This document shows, in pieces, positions 50,268 to 64,000 of a stretch of DNA of 64,000 nt. Source of the stretch: Phoronis australis (Eukaryota > Animalia > Phoronida). The first letter of the stretch is position 1, and each line of letters starts with the position of its first letter. The DNA lies in contig NMRA01000373.1 in the NCBI GenBank assembly GCA_002633005.1, forward strand, positions 248,001 through 312,000, written 5' to 3'. Under the pieces are notes generated by a model. The model saw only the letters and a program-made list of their open reading frames with translations. It ran no database searches and was not told the origin of the DNA. A program made the translations under genes and the position numbers.

Positions 50268-53200
50268 TTAAAACTTCAAATACTGAACTACATGACGAAT
50301 GGAGTTTGATTCCGCTAGCAAAGCGTTTGACTGCAATCGTCGAGATCTGAGTAGTGTTCGCCTTTGGCAGCCCGATCTCAAACATAAATTTTCTCGTCAA
50401 TTGTGACACTCTATGGGAAGTCTTGTTAAGCCGCAAATTCGACTGTCGAAATAGAAATTTTCAACAGCCGTCAAAAAGTCCTCAAACAACGGAGCTCACG
50501 AAGGGTCTCATCTCAGACTTGAAAAGTCTTGTATTTTTGACGTGATTTGAGTACCGATTTGCAGCAACTTTACTCCTAGCGGGCCATGCCACTGGTCAAT
50601 TTTCGTCTTTATCAGTACCGTACGTAATAGCACAATTAAATTGATAGTAATGAAAACGAACGTACTCAGTTCCTGAATTTTTTACGTGACCTTTAAAACT
50701 TTTAAGATGCGTTCATAAACGAGCAACATTTTCTTTTCAAAGCCAGTAAATATTCTTTGTCAGTTACATTACTCACGAGTTCCGTTCGGCTCGTCTCCCC
50801 GAGTGGCGCCGATACGTATGACCTTTACCGTTGTTGACTACGTGTTTTACGCTAGGTAGTTCAGTTTTAAATAAAAAACAGCTCTCAAATAATTGACGTT
50901 TTTGCAATATTACGGCAGTTATCCATAAAAATAATGTGAACAGAAGATCCCCGCAAACCAAACTAAGTTTTAGGCCTATATTCGGACCCAAAGGTCCATT
51001 ATCGATTTTAGTCCGAAAAAACGTATTTTGAGGTTATCATTGGATGGGGGTAATCTTGTTTAAATTGCAAACTATAAAACAACATGTTTGTAGTGTTTTT
51101 ATAACAAATCACCAATTTCGTCGTGAGACGAAGAGTTGGCAAACCTCGTTTAAAACCTTCTAGCTTGTATGAGTTTGTGTGACCTTTGAAAATACCTTAA
51201 GTTCGTGGATTTTCCTAAGTTGATGCCGTCGGGCGCTTTTCTCTTCAAGTAGTCTAGTGACACCATAATCAATAGTGAAGATGACCATGAAGTCATTGAT
51301 TGAAGTATCTGAAGCAGCGAGGAGACATGGCAATCCTCTGGATGGATATGTCTGCATTACAAGCAGCGACTGCAACATCATCAGTAGAACACCAGGCAAG
51401 AAGGTAGTCACCTTTGCAGACTGGGGACCCGACTGCACCAGGTAAGGACCGAATGAAATTCGTGACAGCAGCGCATTACGATCCGAGAAGCGTTCTGGGT
51501 GAGAAAAACGAGATCACGCAAGACTGCTCAAAATCATACGAGTGAAAGGCGAGAATTTCGCGAGTATGCCGAGACCTTGGCTAGCGCACCCTTGGCAAAA
51601 TAGCGGCTACTGAAGCGATTGGTCGGTGATGTTGGAATATCGAATTATGGGATTGAATTTATGAATTAGGGATAGAACTCACAGCTTCCCTATCAAAATT
51701 GAGAATTTTTTTGCTACAAGTGCAATATTAATCTATTGTGTCCACAGAACATAGAATCCCCGCCACGTAGTAGCGCCATAGAAATGATCAGCAATAAAAG
51801 AACGACATTCATGATAACATAGGTTGCTATTAAGAAGAACACTATAAATAAACAAAATACACAAATAGATTTTATGTCACTCTTCCTTTAACCAACAAGA
51901 GACAGACAACACATTAGAACATTCATAAAATGGTAATTGCCGACCAAGGACACGCATAGTTCGAATTGGTCGTCTATGCTAGGCGACCACTTTGCCGACC
52001 AAAGCTCCGACCGCAGAGGCGACTCAGCAGACGGCTGCTAGCCGACCGTTGTTGGTCGGCAGATGGTTTGCTAGAAGACCTGTCGTCGACCGGTCGTCGA
52101 CCAATTTCCGACCGGGCGGACAAAAATTCGTGATGTGTGCTGTAGCTCCGCTGTGATGCGTTCGATGGATGCAAGACACTCAAGAGTGAAACCATTGTGA
52201 TCACGTTTTGGTTGTAGTGCACGGCGACGTTGCAAACCCTTGTGTGATCTTTCGTTTTAGCGTCAGCGTGTCTTGCAACCACGGAATGCAGTGCTGAACT
52301 CTGAAAGCAATAGCTAAAACTAGCGCTGCACACTGGTGTTACTTATAAATCCAATACCATATCGATGTATTCTAATCGATAGGCTATTCTTACAGTTTTT
52401 ATGGATATTTGCACAAACACAGATGTGGAAATAAATTCGGACGAAAGTACGAAACTGATCTCAATCTCCAACCATATGAACGTGTGCACGACTGTTGATC
52501 TTTTCAAAGATCAACATATAGTGTATGTTTAAGTCAGGCACTCCAAAAGAACTTGGATGTTTCTGTTTTAATAATCATGGCAATATATAAGTTCAAGTTG
52601 GTTGATACGACATATTTTTGATTAATGTGAAAATGCAATACGCCAAAACACAGCATTTAATTAATTTTGTCTTTTCACACAGTCATTTTATGTCACCAAA
52701 AGTGTAAGCAACCAGCAATGGCTGTAAACGCCTCTAACTTAATCGAGGCTACATTTTGAAAACTCGTAAAAATTGCAATCATTTTAAATGGGCCCGTACT
52801 CTCTTTTACCAATGACTCTTAGAAAGTACTAAGAAACCTAGCCATGCGCAATTTTAGTGCAAGAACTGTGCAGACTGGCGCTTGATTAATATGCCTTGGT
52901 GTGCGTGGTTATAGTTCAACATGTCGGGTTAGGATCCTGTGTGCGTGGTAAGAGTTCTTGATGTGTACAGTGTTTGACTTCTCCAAGACGTGTTCTGTGT
53001 TTGGTTATAGGAAACTATGCTCCCAAAATGTTCAGTGCATTTGCAGACTATGTTTATTCCCTAATTTTGCATTTTCTTGCCACTATAGCATTACTGTGAG
53101 GTAATTTTTTACTGATGACACTTTCATATTAATGTATCTGAAAAATGAACCCACATTTCAATGAAAACAAACAGGGAAAAAGTCCTGAAATTAAGGGGTC

Positions 53201-53759
53201 CCATTTATTTCGATTCATTGCAATATATAATTTCAATAACATTAAGAATAAAATGTATAGTTTACTCTTGGTATGTACAAAGCTAAAACTTGACGTAGCA
53301 ATGAAGATAAAATAGCAGAAGAAAAAACAGTAAGTGTTTGCACAAAGTTCACAAATGCACTGAAAATTTAGGGAACATAGTTGAGTCCCTAGTGGGACTG
53401 TTGTGGCACGCAACTGGGGTCCACAGTATAGTGGGGTTTAATTAGTACCCGTTACTGTACTGTTAAGAGGTAAAAAGACTAGCATCATAGATCGAGCTCA
53501 GGGTGTGACCACAGCTGGTAATGAACAATAAATATCACTCCATGCATGGACGTTCCAGTTTGCATGGTATATACATGCTCAGTCCATTCTCCAGGAAGAT
53601 AGTGACCTGGTAGTAATAACACGTGCTAGCAGCCTTTACGTTACCACTTCGGGCACTCTCATATGACACGGTACGAGTGATATCTGCAGGGATAACATGC
53701 TGAAAAGCAAACCTGAAAACAGAAGGTCTCTATATTATGAGACATGGCTAACGATTTAA

Positions 53760-55486
53760 GAGTGACTCCATATAAAAACCAACAGGTAGAGTCTATACCC
53801 AAAATCACCGATTTTTTTGAAACTTAGCACATGAGTTTGGTTTGTTGAGATGTAGAAAAACCTCACTTTTTAAGAATTTTCATTCATTATTATTCTTTTT
53901 ATGACCTGTACCTCCATTTTGCAACAAAATTGGGCTTCGAAGTAGGCATGTTTGAATGCATTTTACTAGTATGTGTGGTACGGTCAAAACAAATGAATGA
54001 TACGAATTGAAAGGGCAATGGCTGAATAATTTAATGGCATAACGTTCAAAATTCATTTTGTAACAGAGCAAGTCTCCATTGAACCTCAGAATATGTATTT
54101 TCTCTCATCAGGCATTCGTTTCAGTTCAATTTGCACATGATAACGATCAACTTTCCATGAAAGCAAAAGAAGGAAACACCCTTCTCCTAAGCCTGTCGCT
54201 AGCGAAGTGCCCGACACATACAGTCGCGCCCACATGCCCACGTAACAAAGGCGCACTGAGACGCAACAAAGACATTAGCATAAGAATAACTGAACACTTG
54301 CAACTAAATAAGAATAACAATAAGCGNNNNNNNNNNNNNNNNNNNNNNNNNNNNNNNNNNNNNNNNNNNNNNNNNNNNNNNNNNNNNNNNNNNNNNNNNN
54401 NNNNNNNNNNNNNNNNNNNNNNNNNNNNNNNNNNNNNNNNNNNNNNNNNNNNNNNNNNNNNNNNNNNNNNNNNNNNNNNNNNNNNNNNNNNNNNNNNNNN
54501 NNNNNNNNNNNNNNNNNNNNNNNNNNNNNNNNNNNNNNNNNNNNNNNNNNNNNNNNNNNNNNNNNNNNNNNNNNNNNNNNNNNNNNNNNNNNNNNNNNNN
54601 NNNNNNNNNNNNNNNNNNNNNNNNNNNNNNNNNNNNNNNNNNNNNNNNNNNNNNNNNNNNNNNNNNNNNNNNNNNNNNNNNNNNNNNNNNNNNNNNNNNN
54701 NNNNNNNNNNNNNNNNNNNNNNNNNNNNNNNNNNNNNNNNNNNNNNNNNNNNNNNNNNNNNNNNNNNNNNNNNNNNNNNNNNNNNNNNNNNNNNNNNNNN
54801 NNNNNNNNNNNNNNNNNNNNNNGGAAAACATCTTGTTTTCATTTGAAAGAGTTTAGACTTGGTTTCTATAACTATTTAAAGCAGACTTCTTGCCTAAAAG
54901 TTTGTTCAAATGGCCGGTCTGTAAACTCTGCTCGTCATTTCCAAGCTATGAAAATAGACAGTTTTGCAAGACAATTTTCACTGAAGTGCAAAGTTGAGGC
55001 AAGATTTTTTATTGCTTAGTCATCAAGACTAACTCTTCAACTGTATGTTCAAAACGTCACATAAGTCTACAAGGTGTTTTATGGCAGTAAGAAGGTCATA
55101 AAAATGGCCACTGAAATTAGCCCCAAAAAGTGGTCTGTGGATTATCTCCCCTGTCTTGCACAAAACTGTTAGATTTTAATAAATGGCACAGAATTATGCA
55201 CCGCATGCGTTGGTTATTTCAGCCACCAAAACATAGCTTTTGATCTATTTTGTATGTTACTCATTTTTTTGCTGAAAACATGCGATTTTTGAGACGGCTA
55301 ATATGCCCAATTGTGCCAATTTGTTTTATCATGCTCCAGCGGCGAAATTAAGGGTCATTGAGTGCACAAAATTTGGCATTTGGGTTTTTGTTAGGATACC
55401 TACCCATGTACAAAAATGAAGTTGTTTTAAATTTTGACGTATAGACTGATTTTTGAAAATCTACTGGTTTTTATATGGACTGCCTC
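53760..55486. mobile_element. TTAA-flanked TIR element, copy 2 (spans the assembly gap)
   Basis: Same termini; the empty homologous site cgattcaaacaatcttgg is at about 19177-19195. Confidence 0.78.
54327..54822. other. Assembly gap (496 N)
   Basis: Run of n. Confidence 1.
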
Positions 55487-57384
55487 TTAAACAGTCTTGG
55501 AATAATGATACCAAGCACTTCATAAGTAAGTATAGTGGAGCCCAGTTTAATGTCAACCCCTTTGCTTTCTTATAAATTACGATAATAATGGGACATTCCG
55601 TTTTAGCAGGTTTCAACTTGGTGTCAATCGTAACCACTCTAATATATAAGTTACATTAAAAGATGCAAGGCAAGACAGTCATTATTTGGGTTTGTAAATG
55701 CCTTTACGTATACATAAGGAGGAGAACTCATTAGGTCCTACATTATCGTTTCCCAGCCAACAAGATGAATGTATTTAACCCATTGCGATTTAATGGCTGC
55801 ATTCCAAAGTCCTTGGACTTTTATGACCAGCTTCTGTTGAGTGGGTTTAGGCCAGAGTTAGATGTCCGTGATAATGACCACATAATGGGGAGGTCTGATT
55901 TGAGTACCTAACTGAACAATAGGGGACGCTAATCTTAATGATGTTAATACCCTCAAAGAATATTGGTGAGTTTTGAATAGGGAAGGGCGTGAAGTACCGA
56001 AAACCAGGGAACTCCTCCTCCCGAAAAAATCCCCCAAAACGACACCTCCTGTCAGCAAACTAAGACTCTCCGTTTTTACGTTTGACCAGCGCCTGACAAT
56101 TATTTTGTAACAGAATATAAAACCAACCAACGAGACACTTATAAGGTGTTTAAGACAACACCCTTACTGTGAAAAAGGGAAAGGAATTAAAGCCGTTTAA
56201 ATCACTCCCATCATGGTATGTGACCAAAAAGATCCAGTTCAAAATCCGTGCTCCCTCACTCACCTGTGCTGTCCCAGTTGCAAGGCTGACCTGGCATTGG
56301 CGCGCGTTTCTTTTCATCCGGTGGTCTCCAGACTGACTGATAGAAGGACTGTCTTATGCACAGCTCATCCGTCAAACCCACAACATGCTTGTGTTTGTTT
56401 TTGTAGTAAGTATACTTCAATGTCGTATTGCCTGCACACAAATAGCCATGATGTCTGTTTAGTCCTATACAAGTGAGATTACATGCTGATACGACGACTT
56501 ACAAGTTCTGTACAACTACATGTACCAACAAATGACTTACGATGCATGAGCTAACCAGTTGAAAGACTTATAGTACGTGTGGGGAAAACAGGGCACAATG
56601 GAACGTGGATTGGCGTAAAAATTAATTACAGCAGAATGCATGGGTAAAACGTTGTTCCCTCAGTTATTAATAAAAAGAGAGTTTAACATCAAATTAAATG
56701 AACAAAATTGGTTTTTGGACAAAAACTCACTTCTGGGAATACAGTTAGGTACAAAAATATTCATTAACTAGCTTTGACCAGAGCTGTGAAACACCAAAAT
56801 GTGTTTTTAAATTCATGTTAATGGAAATTGCTATGGATCACTGATGTTAGCTTCCAGTCATTTAGTAATAAGATTCAACTGAGATCAGAGCTGAAGATCT
56901 TATTGGTTAAATACACTTAATACTCGACAACTTGAGGCTTTGATTTCTTTAGCTCTACTACCACAGCGTTAGACTGTGACTGATTACGATACGGATTTCA
57001 AATCTGTCTTGAGGCTGATTTCAAATGCAAAGCACATTGGCTGATAATGTCACTTTCAATGCTTAATCATTTTAAGGTTCTGCACTGTAGCCATCCTCAT
57101 ACAGTTTGAGATATATGCAGGAGTGCTGAATGACCTTTGAAACGAAATAAAGTCAAATTTGGTAAGTATTTTGTTGAGATAAATAAGCTATTACTGTTAC
57201 TTGTAAAGAATGGCAAAGATAAAACATAATTACAGGCGGCCTGAAGACTGGTACACATTGTACCACACGTGCGCAGGACGCTCAGGTTGGCTCGTGGCAC
57301 TGATCAGCAGCTGGAACCCTTCGATGCTTTATTAAAAGTTAAAACCGAGCTGCGAGGAGCTAGAAACCTGACTCAAGAGTCTAG

Positions 57385-57465
57385 CAGTGTGCCCAGTAGG
57401 ACTTGAACCCACGACGTTTAGTAAAGAAAGCGGACACCTATCACAATAGGCCTCACAGCCTCCTC
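57385..57465 (-). repeat. tRNA-derived SINE head (degenerate)
   Basis: Minus strand ggctgtgaggcctattgtgatagg...gtgggttcaagtcctactgggcac with B-box; stems do not form a real tRNA. Confidence 0.5.
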
Positions 57466-59049
57466 TAATGGCAAAGATGATTTAACGTAATAACTGTTAG
57501 TGCAAGACAAAAGTATTCAGATAAAATGACCCTTCTCCATGATGATGGATGGCAAGAAGTCAAATTTATCATCAGAGTAGCCTTTCCTCATGACTCCGGA
57601 TGAAGGGGAATTGAGACAGAATTTAGTAAGGGTGGCTAAACCACTCTGTAATTAGGAACTCATTGACAAGTCTGCATACTTACCCAAATATGCCCAAAAC
57701 CATAGATTTTAAGTCAGTAAAGTATACATTTTCTGAAATTAGAAAGGCTGTGGAATTCTGATTTTTTGACATTTTACGAATCTGCTATAATTGTATCATG
57801 TGGCCATGTCTTTTTAATAAAATTTAGACTCTGACAAAAAAGTACATTGATAGCAAACCAACAGCATCGACAACATGACCAAATTTTGTTTGATATAAAT
57901 TTTCAAGATGAAATATCAAAAACACAGTTATAGTTTTCTAAAACATCTCTTCGTTTTCAATTTACTCAACTTTTTCATGGAAATCATAAAACTAATAGTC
58001 CTATTTTTGATAGCACCTTAAGCTAAAATGGGACATTTTGAAAACAATTTTTTTCAGATTTTTGACATAGAGTCTGACGCTTTCACATACATCTGATCAG
58101 CCATTTCTGAGATGCGACTCTACAAAACAGTAAGCCAAATATGGACACTTTTCTAATACACAACATAAAACATCATTATTTAACTGTTCAAGTCAATGGC
58201 CTTAATTTCGCTGAATGTCTGACAGACAAGGGAGGATTATCAATTTGTAATAAAAACCAACAGAAAACAACGTATTTTATTGTTATCTCTGGTCAAAACT
58301 GAAACTCAAAGAGTCAATAAAATTGAACAATAATTAGAAACGCATTTTGGCTGCCAAAACTGTGATAAAGGTTTTTGTTTTGCAATGTTCAAACTCAAGA
58401 AGGTGCCTGAAAATAACACAGCTTTACCATATCACTGAATGTGATTTGGATCTCTGTTGCTGCTAGGTTTTTACAGGTGTCTAGGACTATATTGCCGCTG
58501 ACCCTGTCACCGCGACGATAGACAAACTTTTCAGCAAGAGGTATGTAGGGGCAGCTGTCCGTCGATGTTTCTACAATGTCCGTGGCAAAATTATCTCAAG
58601 GTTATTTATAAATAAAAATTTCTTAAACCAGGACAATAAAAGTTGACAAGAAGCAAAGAGTACAAGGAAACATACTTTTTAAAAATATTCATTTGCATAA
58701 AAATGGTCTCGCAAAACGAGACTTTCGTGATATTGTAATGGTAACTGGTTCTCGGATGGTTTCCGAGACATTGATATGAGAAGACCCGGGGTAGTTTTGT
58801 AAATTAGTACGTCATTTGCATATTCACAATTGCATGGGACGATGTATCTTCGATGTAGTTCGACTTATTTGTACCAAAAGGCAACTTGACATGTATCTTT
58901 CCTTTCAATTACGTATTTAAGCACTAAGTACTAAGATAGACAAAGGATATGTACACAACACCCATTTAAGTTCATGACTTGACTTTAAGTGAAGCATGTT
59001 ATCACATGAATATGCTTTCAGGAAGAAAGTTTTTTATTGAAAAAGTACA

Positions 59050-62000
59050 CAGTTCCCAATGAATGAACTTTTACTTGTACACAACTAGTTTAGTGTTGTT
59101 CTTGTGATTTCCTAACTTCTGTTTTTCTATCTAGGCTTGGCATCCTTCTTCTAGTACAGCAGAAGTGCAGAGATAGAGGTAATTTACTGTACCTACACCA
59201 TTCTTTCTTGCCATTTCTGCGCAAGCTGGATAGTTCCATACGACAAGAGTTCGTTGGTAACCATAGACACAAAATCGTAAAGGTAAGCATATGGCAGTTT
59301 TAAAATAAGAGATTAAATCATGCTGCAGTCCAACCTTTCCCTGCCTCCTTATCTTAGATTATCCAGGATTAGGTGGTAAAATTGTGAACATATACATTCA
59401 CTAGAATATCAAGCCTGTCACAGTAGTGCTTGATTTAGCAATGAGATGTAAAATTTTGGGGTTTCCAGGTAGTGCTACACTCCTGAATGACCTGTTATGT
59501 TCACTAGTCCAACTTGTGGGTCCAAATCGTGTTGCCCATACTTCATCACTAAACATTCTAGTTGTGTGCCTCTGGATACCCCACACACACTTTACATCTT
59601 GCCATGTTTCCCTATGCAGATTATACAATCCAAGGTAAAAGATGATATAGGGTTGGTGACAATGGGTGTGACAATTACAATGTCAAGACTGACAAAGTCA
59701 TCCTACAGTTATGATGTACATGTGATTAGCGACTTTGTAAGAACAATTCTTGTCGTAAATATACCAATGCACGTATTGGTGGTTTCTTCAGAGGAGAGGC
59801 AGGCAGAAGCTTTGAAGGCAGAGGTACGTGAACAAAAGGCGCCATGGATTTGCGTGATAAACTTTATCGTCAGGTAGCAGTTTATAAAACGTGAATTAAA
59901 TTGATGTGTATCATATCATTTGCTCAAATTGTCCAAATAATTTTCTGTGGTCTGTTTCTAAATTTGTGTAGCTATTGTCCTTGTAGTGTTGTACAGCAAA
60001 ATAGAATACACATGTACTTTAAGGGTTATCGTTGTTGCATTTTGCAGATCTACATGTATGAACATCACAACCATTATGATATCACACTGACTTAGCTAAT
60101 GTTAAACAACAATTTCAGTAAACGTAATGCGAAGTACAACAATAATATTTGCACACATGAGAGGTGCCATTCGAACCAAAAACCAAAAAAATGCACTAGT
60201 AAAAAATTGTAGCAGTCTTTTCATATTCAGAGCACTGGCAGGCCTGTTACTACTGTTACTAGGGCATGTGTACATTGTTGTGTCCCTCAGTCCTTTTTTG
60301 CTTCTTCCTGAGTGGAATCCCATGGGTATGCAGAAGAACATTTTGGTACGCTTACCCGGTTGCAACAGTACCCCTGACTTCTCTCTGCAATTTCTTTGTC
60401 CATACGGCATGTGGAAAATTTACTGATGTCAATTTTCCACTTGTTATGTACTTGTACTGGCTAAAAAATTTATTTTCATCAGCACTACCCTTCAACTGCA
60501 ATTGAGAAATGTAGTAGCCTGGATGTCTGGTCAGCTAATACTGGCACGATGCTTTGCATGAGGATACGCAAATTTGTACAAGACCTTAGGTCTGAAAGGA
60601 AACAATGAAAACACTCTCATATTTGTTGTTGCAACTACCAGCAGCGTCCTCGAACTGGACTTTACACAGGCTGAGGTCTGCATAACCTCCCGATGCTTTA
60701 CGTATTTTGCAGTAATTGCTGCTATCACCTGGAATTCGAAAAAGGCAAGGTTGTCTGTAGGTAATTTAAGGTAAAACAGAAGCTTTTACATCAGCAGTTT
60801 TCACTTGTAGAATGTTTTTTTTTTGTTTTCTGATTGTTAAAATAATAGATTTATAATAGTCTACTGGTCATTCTGCGACAACATAATGCATTGTCACATT
60901 TCTTTTGTGCTTGGTCCTAGTTACATGTCCTATAATTGGATACATAGTCACTCTTGTCGTGGTCATGGAGATGATGAGTTGAGTAAATGGTGTTTTGATT
61001 CTCCGATTCCGTACGTACATGTACATGTAGTACCGGTACTACTACAGTAAGTGAAACTTTGGTTTACTTGAATTAAAGTACAGACCCAAATATTTCTCAA
61101 ATTAAAACCTTATTAAAGCAACAGAAATATGTGAAGCACTCAAATTACCTCAACTTTGTCTAAGTAACTGCTAAAATCAACTATTCATTAAGCGGTCTTT
61201 GTATCAAGCTCGTTTTTGTGATGTAAAGCTGCTTCTGCTTTACTGTTGTCACACCCACAATGATCAAATTTATTGACTTCAAGCAGGGTCCAAAATCCCA
61301 ATTAAGTTCTAATATCACACAGTGTCTAATCAAAGTTTGCTATCGTTGAATTGTTTTTTGTACTCCTCTGCCAGGAAATAAACCTTCTCTCTCCAGGTGA
61401 AGTACACTGTAGCTGTGAAGTCTTCACTCGTATGAGACATAAAAGTGTAATTTGCACATGTATTGATTTAAAAATTCAACTATAGAAGTTGGTGCTAAGG
61501 TGATGTCCAACTTGATGACTTCGGGAGGGGGGCTTTTATTCAGAGAAAATATGTTTTGGAGGAGCTGCCGCTCAGATGTGTGTCGGTTCAGGTTCATATT
61601 TCACAAGAAAGTGCATTTTTCCAATGAAAAGGAAAACTCTGCAAAATGGTTTTATATTTCTTTAAGTTGTTTTCCTTTAAAAATAACGTAGGCCAAAGTC
61701 GTTTATTCAATTTCAAGAGAATAAAGGAACAGTTTGGAAAAAAATGCAACATTTTCATAGATACTCCTATCAAATTGGTTTCCCTTAATTGCGGTTGCTT
61801 ACGTACATTGTACTAAACGAAGTGTGAGGGTTTGTCTTTCCACAGTCTGAAAGGATCTATCCTAGTCCCAGCTGCATATTATGTATCAAAGAATAAATAT
61901 TAATATGGGCAGCACTCAAACGCAATAGTTTGAAATCCTATAATTATGTCTATAGATATTATAGTACCATGCTTTTTTCATTAATTTAATACTCACGATT

Positions 62001-62330
62001 TCGCTCCTGGTCTTCAAAGAAAGCAATCTTTAAAGCTCCCTTTCTCTCCGTGTACTCCTCGATACCCTTCCCGTCGCACTCATCTATAATTTCAGTCAGC
62101 TTCTCAACACAAAAATTACTGTAATAAACGATAGCTCATCACTGAGTTTTCTCAAGCTCAGCTGTCAAATCATTCGATAGTTGTACTCTGTAATATCTCA
62201 CCCTCCGCGTTTTGTTTCTTTGACGTTGTTTGATGTTGCGGTATCGTGAAACAACGCCGACGGGTGAGAGAAGTTGCACTGGATAATTGGAATTGACTGC
62301 AGTTCTTTCCTTTAGAGAGCCCGGAATCAA
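59050..62330 (-). pseudogene. Decayed spliced ORF of unknown family, possibly transposon-derived (exon ending 61997, intron, long exon from 60728)
   Basis: Phase-matched donor C|gtgagt (61996) and acceptor ccag|GT (60729); protein-like frames with many stops, e.g. EKLTEIIDECDGKGIEEYTERKGALKIAFFEDQ, DSSNYCKIRKASGGYADLSLCKVQFED, LVYLRQELFLQ..HVHHNCR, GNMARCKVCVGYPEAH. Confidence 0.45.
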
Positions 62331-62834
62331 CTGCGCCGTTTTCTTGGCAAGTCACAGTGCCTGGCTAAATTTTTCTGAGCATTGAAGACATCGGCCTTTT
62401 CCTGCGCTAATCAACCTTTTATCTGCAAAATAAATCATGTTACGCCTAATTTTATGCCATTTTTGCACAATTTGTGGCGCTCAATCATATCCCTGGCCTG
62501 TTGTAAGTATAAAGTTAGATATTTCGGTAAAAATAGTACACAGCTACAATTGCGAAGTTCATGACGGCGACATCCCGTTGCTCCCAACTTGTTCGATTGT
62601 ATAGCCCAACAACAAGTTGGAACGTTTACCCCCGTAGCCAATTAACTCCATTCGGGCGTTGATGGTTGGAGGGCCTGTGCTCTTTTTTGATAACTGCTCT
62701 AATCTCCGATCAGACCGTATCTAGCCTGACTGGGGTGGGCTGATAAAAATGAAAGTTAAGTTAAGCCAGATGTTATCGCACGTTAAGCAACCCTCAGGTC
62801 TGGAAAAGTTACTGAACGACAGGACAACGTAATG

Positions 62835-63390
62835 TGCAACGGAATCGATTTAACGATTGCGCATGTCCGGAAATTAAGGTGCGCAAAGCCTATTGGGATT
62901 GATGAACGTATGTGGAATGGCCGACTTGGTTGCACGGCGTGTGATTTGTGTGCATTTAACTACGCTGCTTTCTGTAATTCTGCCGCTAGTCGCCCAAATA
63001 AGCGTACATGCCCCTGTAATTGCCCCCACACGTTTTCAGACTTCGCTAAAGTAAGCCCCCAGCCCATGAAACTACATGAGAAAAATGCGTTTCCCACAGT
63101 TCTAACATTCTCCAGTAACGTCTCCAAGATATTGATAAGATCCGACAGTCCTGAATTTGTAGACCACGAGCCTCGCCGTTATGTCAGTATTTAGCCGTGA
63201 CTATACACTTCAAACTTACGCCGCGATTCAAAACGAACGCAAAAGTTTTGCTGCTCTTGCGAGGAATGTGTACCACTATGGTCTGGACTTTGAAAACAGA
63301 CGCAGCGTACTACATGTGGTTGTCAGTGGGATTGCATCGTATCTTTACGCTACAGATTTTCTCCCTCAACAGGAATCCAAATTTCTTTAT
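62835..63390 (+). mobile_element. Partial second copy of the 16408-17335 element
   Basis: gaatcgatttaacgattgcgcatgtccggaaatta...cctcaacaggaatccaaa aligns with about 16420-16945. Confidence 0.8.
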
Positions 63391-64000
63391 AGACGTGAAA
63401 ACCGTGAATCAAAGACTAGCAATAAAAAAATTACCAGTGTTAGCACACGGCCAAGAAGCGCGCGCTACATAACGTATCGGCTGTGATCGAAGGCATTTAG
63501 TCGGGAACAATCTATTCATGAAACTGGTAACATACTGTAAATGGTCGGTTTCCAGATGATGCATGTGGTAATTTTACATGTTTTGCTTCAGGAGGCTGCA
63601 GTTTAGTTTATTATTTACTTATATCTACTGATTTGTTTGAAATTGTGAACGATTTTAAAGTAGATGCTTGGGACGAGTCAGATCACTTGCCAATCATATG
63701 AAGCTTTAAGCGTGAAGAACCAATGATTATGTCGTGTGATGAGACACACGTGTTACGCCCGCATCATAGCATAGAGTGGGATAGTTCCGAAACAGTTGAA
63801 TACTCGCAGGCGTTTTCAGTCGAACTACACGACTGCGCAATGACAATAGAAGAATGTTTAACACAAAATGATGTAGACAAGGCGGTTCAGTGCCGTGTAT
63901 CTCAGATCTATACTTTCAGACGGCATTGACATTATTTTTCAAATCATAAAAACGAGTCGATCTCTGGAAAAAATAAAGGCAATTAAAGAATCCAAATCAA

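Larger units (their letters stand above)
46151..55486. repeat. Near-identical tandem duplication (46151-50267 and 50268-55486)
   Basis: Kilobases of almost identical sequence; duplicated spurious ORFs (e.g. 46981/51160, 48647/53129, 49398/53880); the first copy lacks about 52540-52890. Confidence 0.93.

Noticed and set aside
54079-54846. 255/231/175-aa ORFs
   Set aside because: Artefacts of the N gap.
57385-57465. tRNA genes (also 38672-38740, 1410-1470, 14975-15035)
   Set aside because: Only Pol III box remnants without a complete cloverleaf; SINE-like.

Overview
AT-rich, repeat-rich, intron-containing animal genomic DNA, not prokaryotic; most ORFs in the supplied track are spurious or are single exons. 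The main content is a tandem cluster of four minus-strand secreted phospholipase A2 (sPLA2) genes, which I assembled by hand from GT-AG splice sites with consistent phases 1/2/1. Copy A (5567 down to 713) runs off the left edge. Copy B (15442-9899) has an in-frame TGA, is chimeric and is probably a pseudogene. Copies C (34096-26768, 173 aa) and D (44841-40447, 170 aa) are intact. C and D have a signal peptide, an acidic propeptide ending in KR, the YGCYCG Ca-loop, the CCxxHDxCY active site and 14 Cys in a group-I pattern. Their mature chains are extremely Arg-rich (hand count about +22 for C and +31 for D, no Glu) and end in an RYQRW-repeat tail, which suggests a family of antimicrobial or toxin-like sPLA2s. 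The cluster looks like a duplicated two-gene block (A+B, C+D). The rest is transposon debris: a 5'-truncated LINE with a 15-bp TSD, TTAA/Kolobok-like elements, a five-copy MITE with 5-bp TSDs, an AT-TSD TIR element, a transposon-bounded ~4-5 kb tandem duplication, a 496-N gap, and a decayed spliced ORF near 59-62 kb. A marine invertebrate deuterostome is plausible from my recollection of starfish PLA2, but the taxon is not established.
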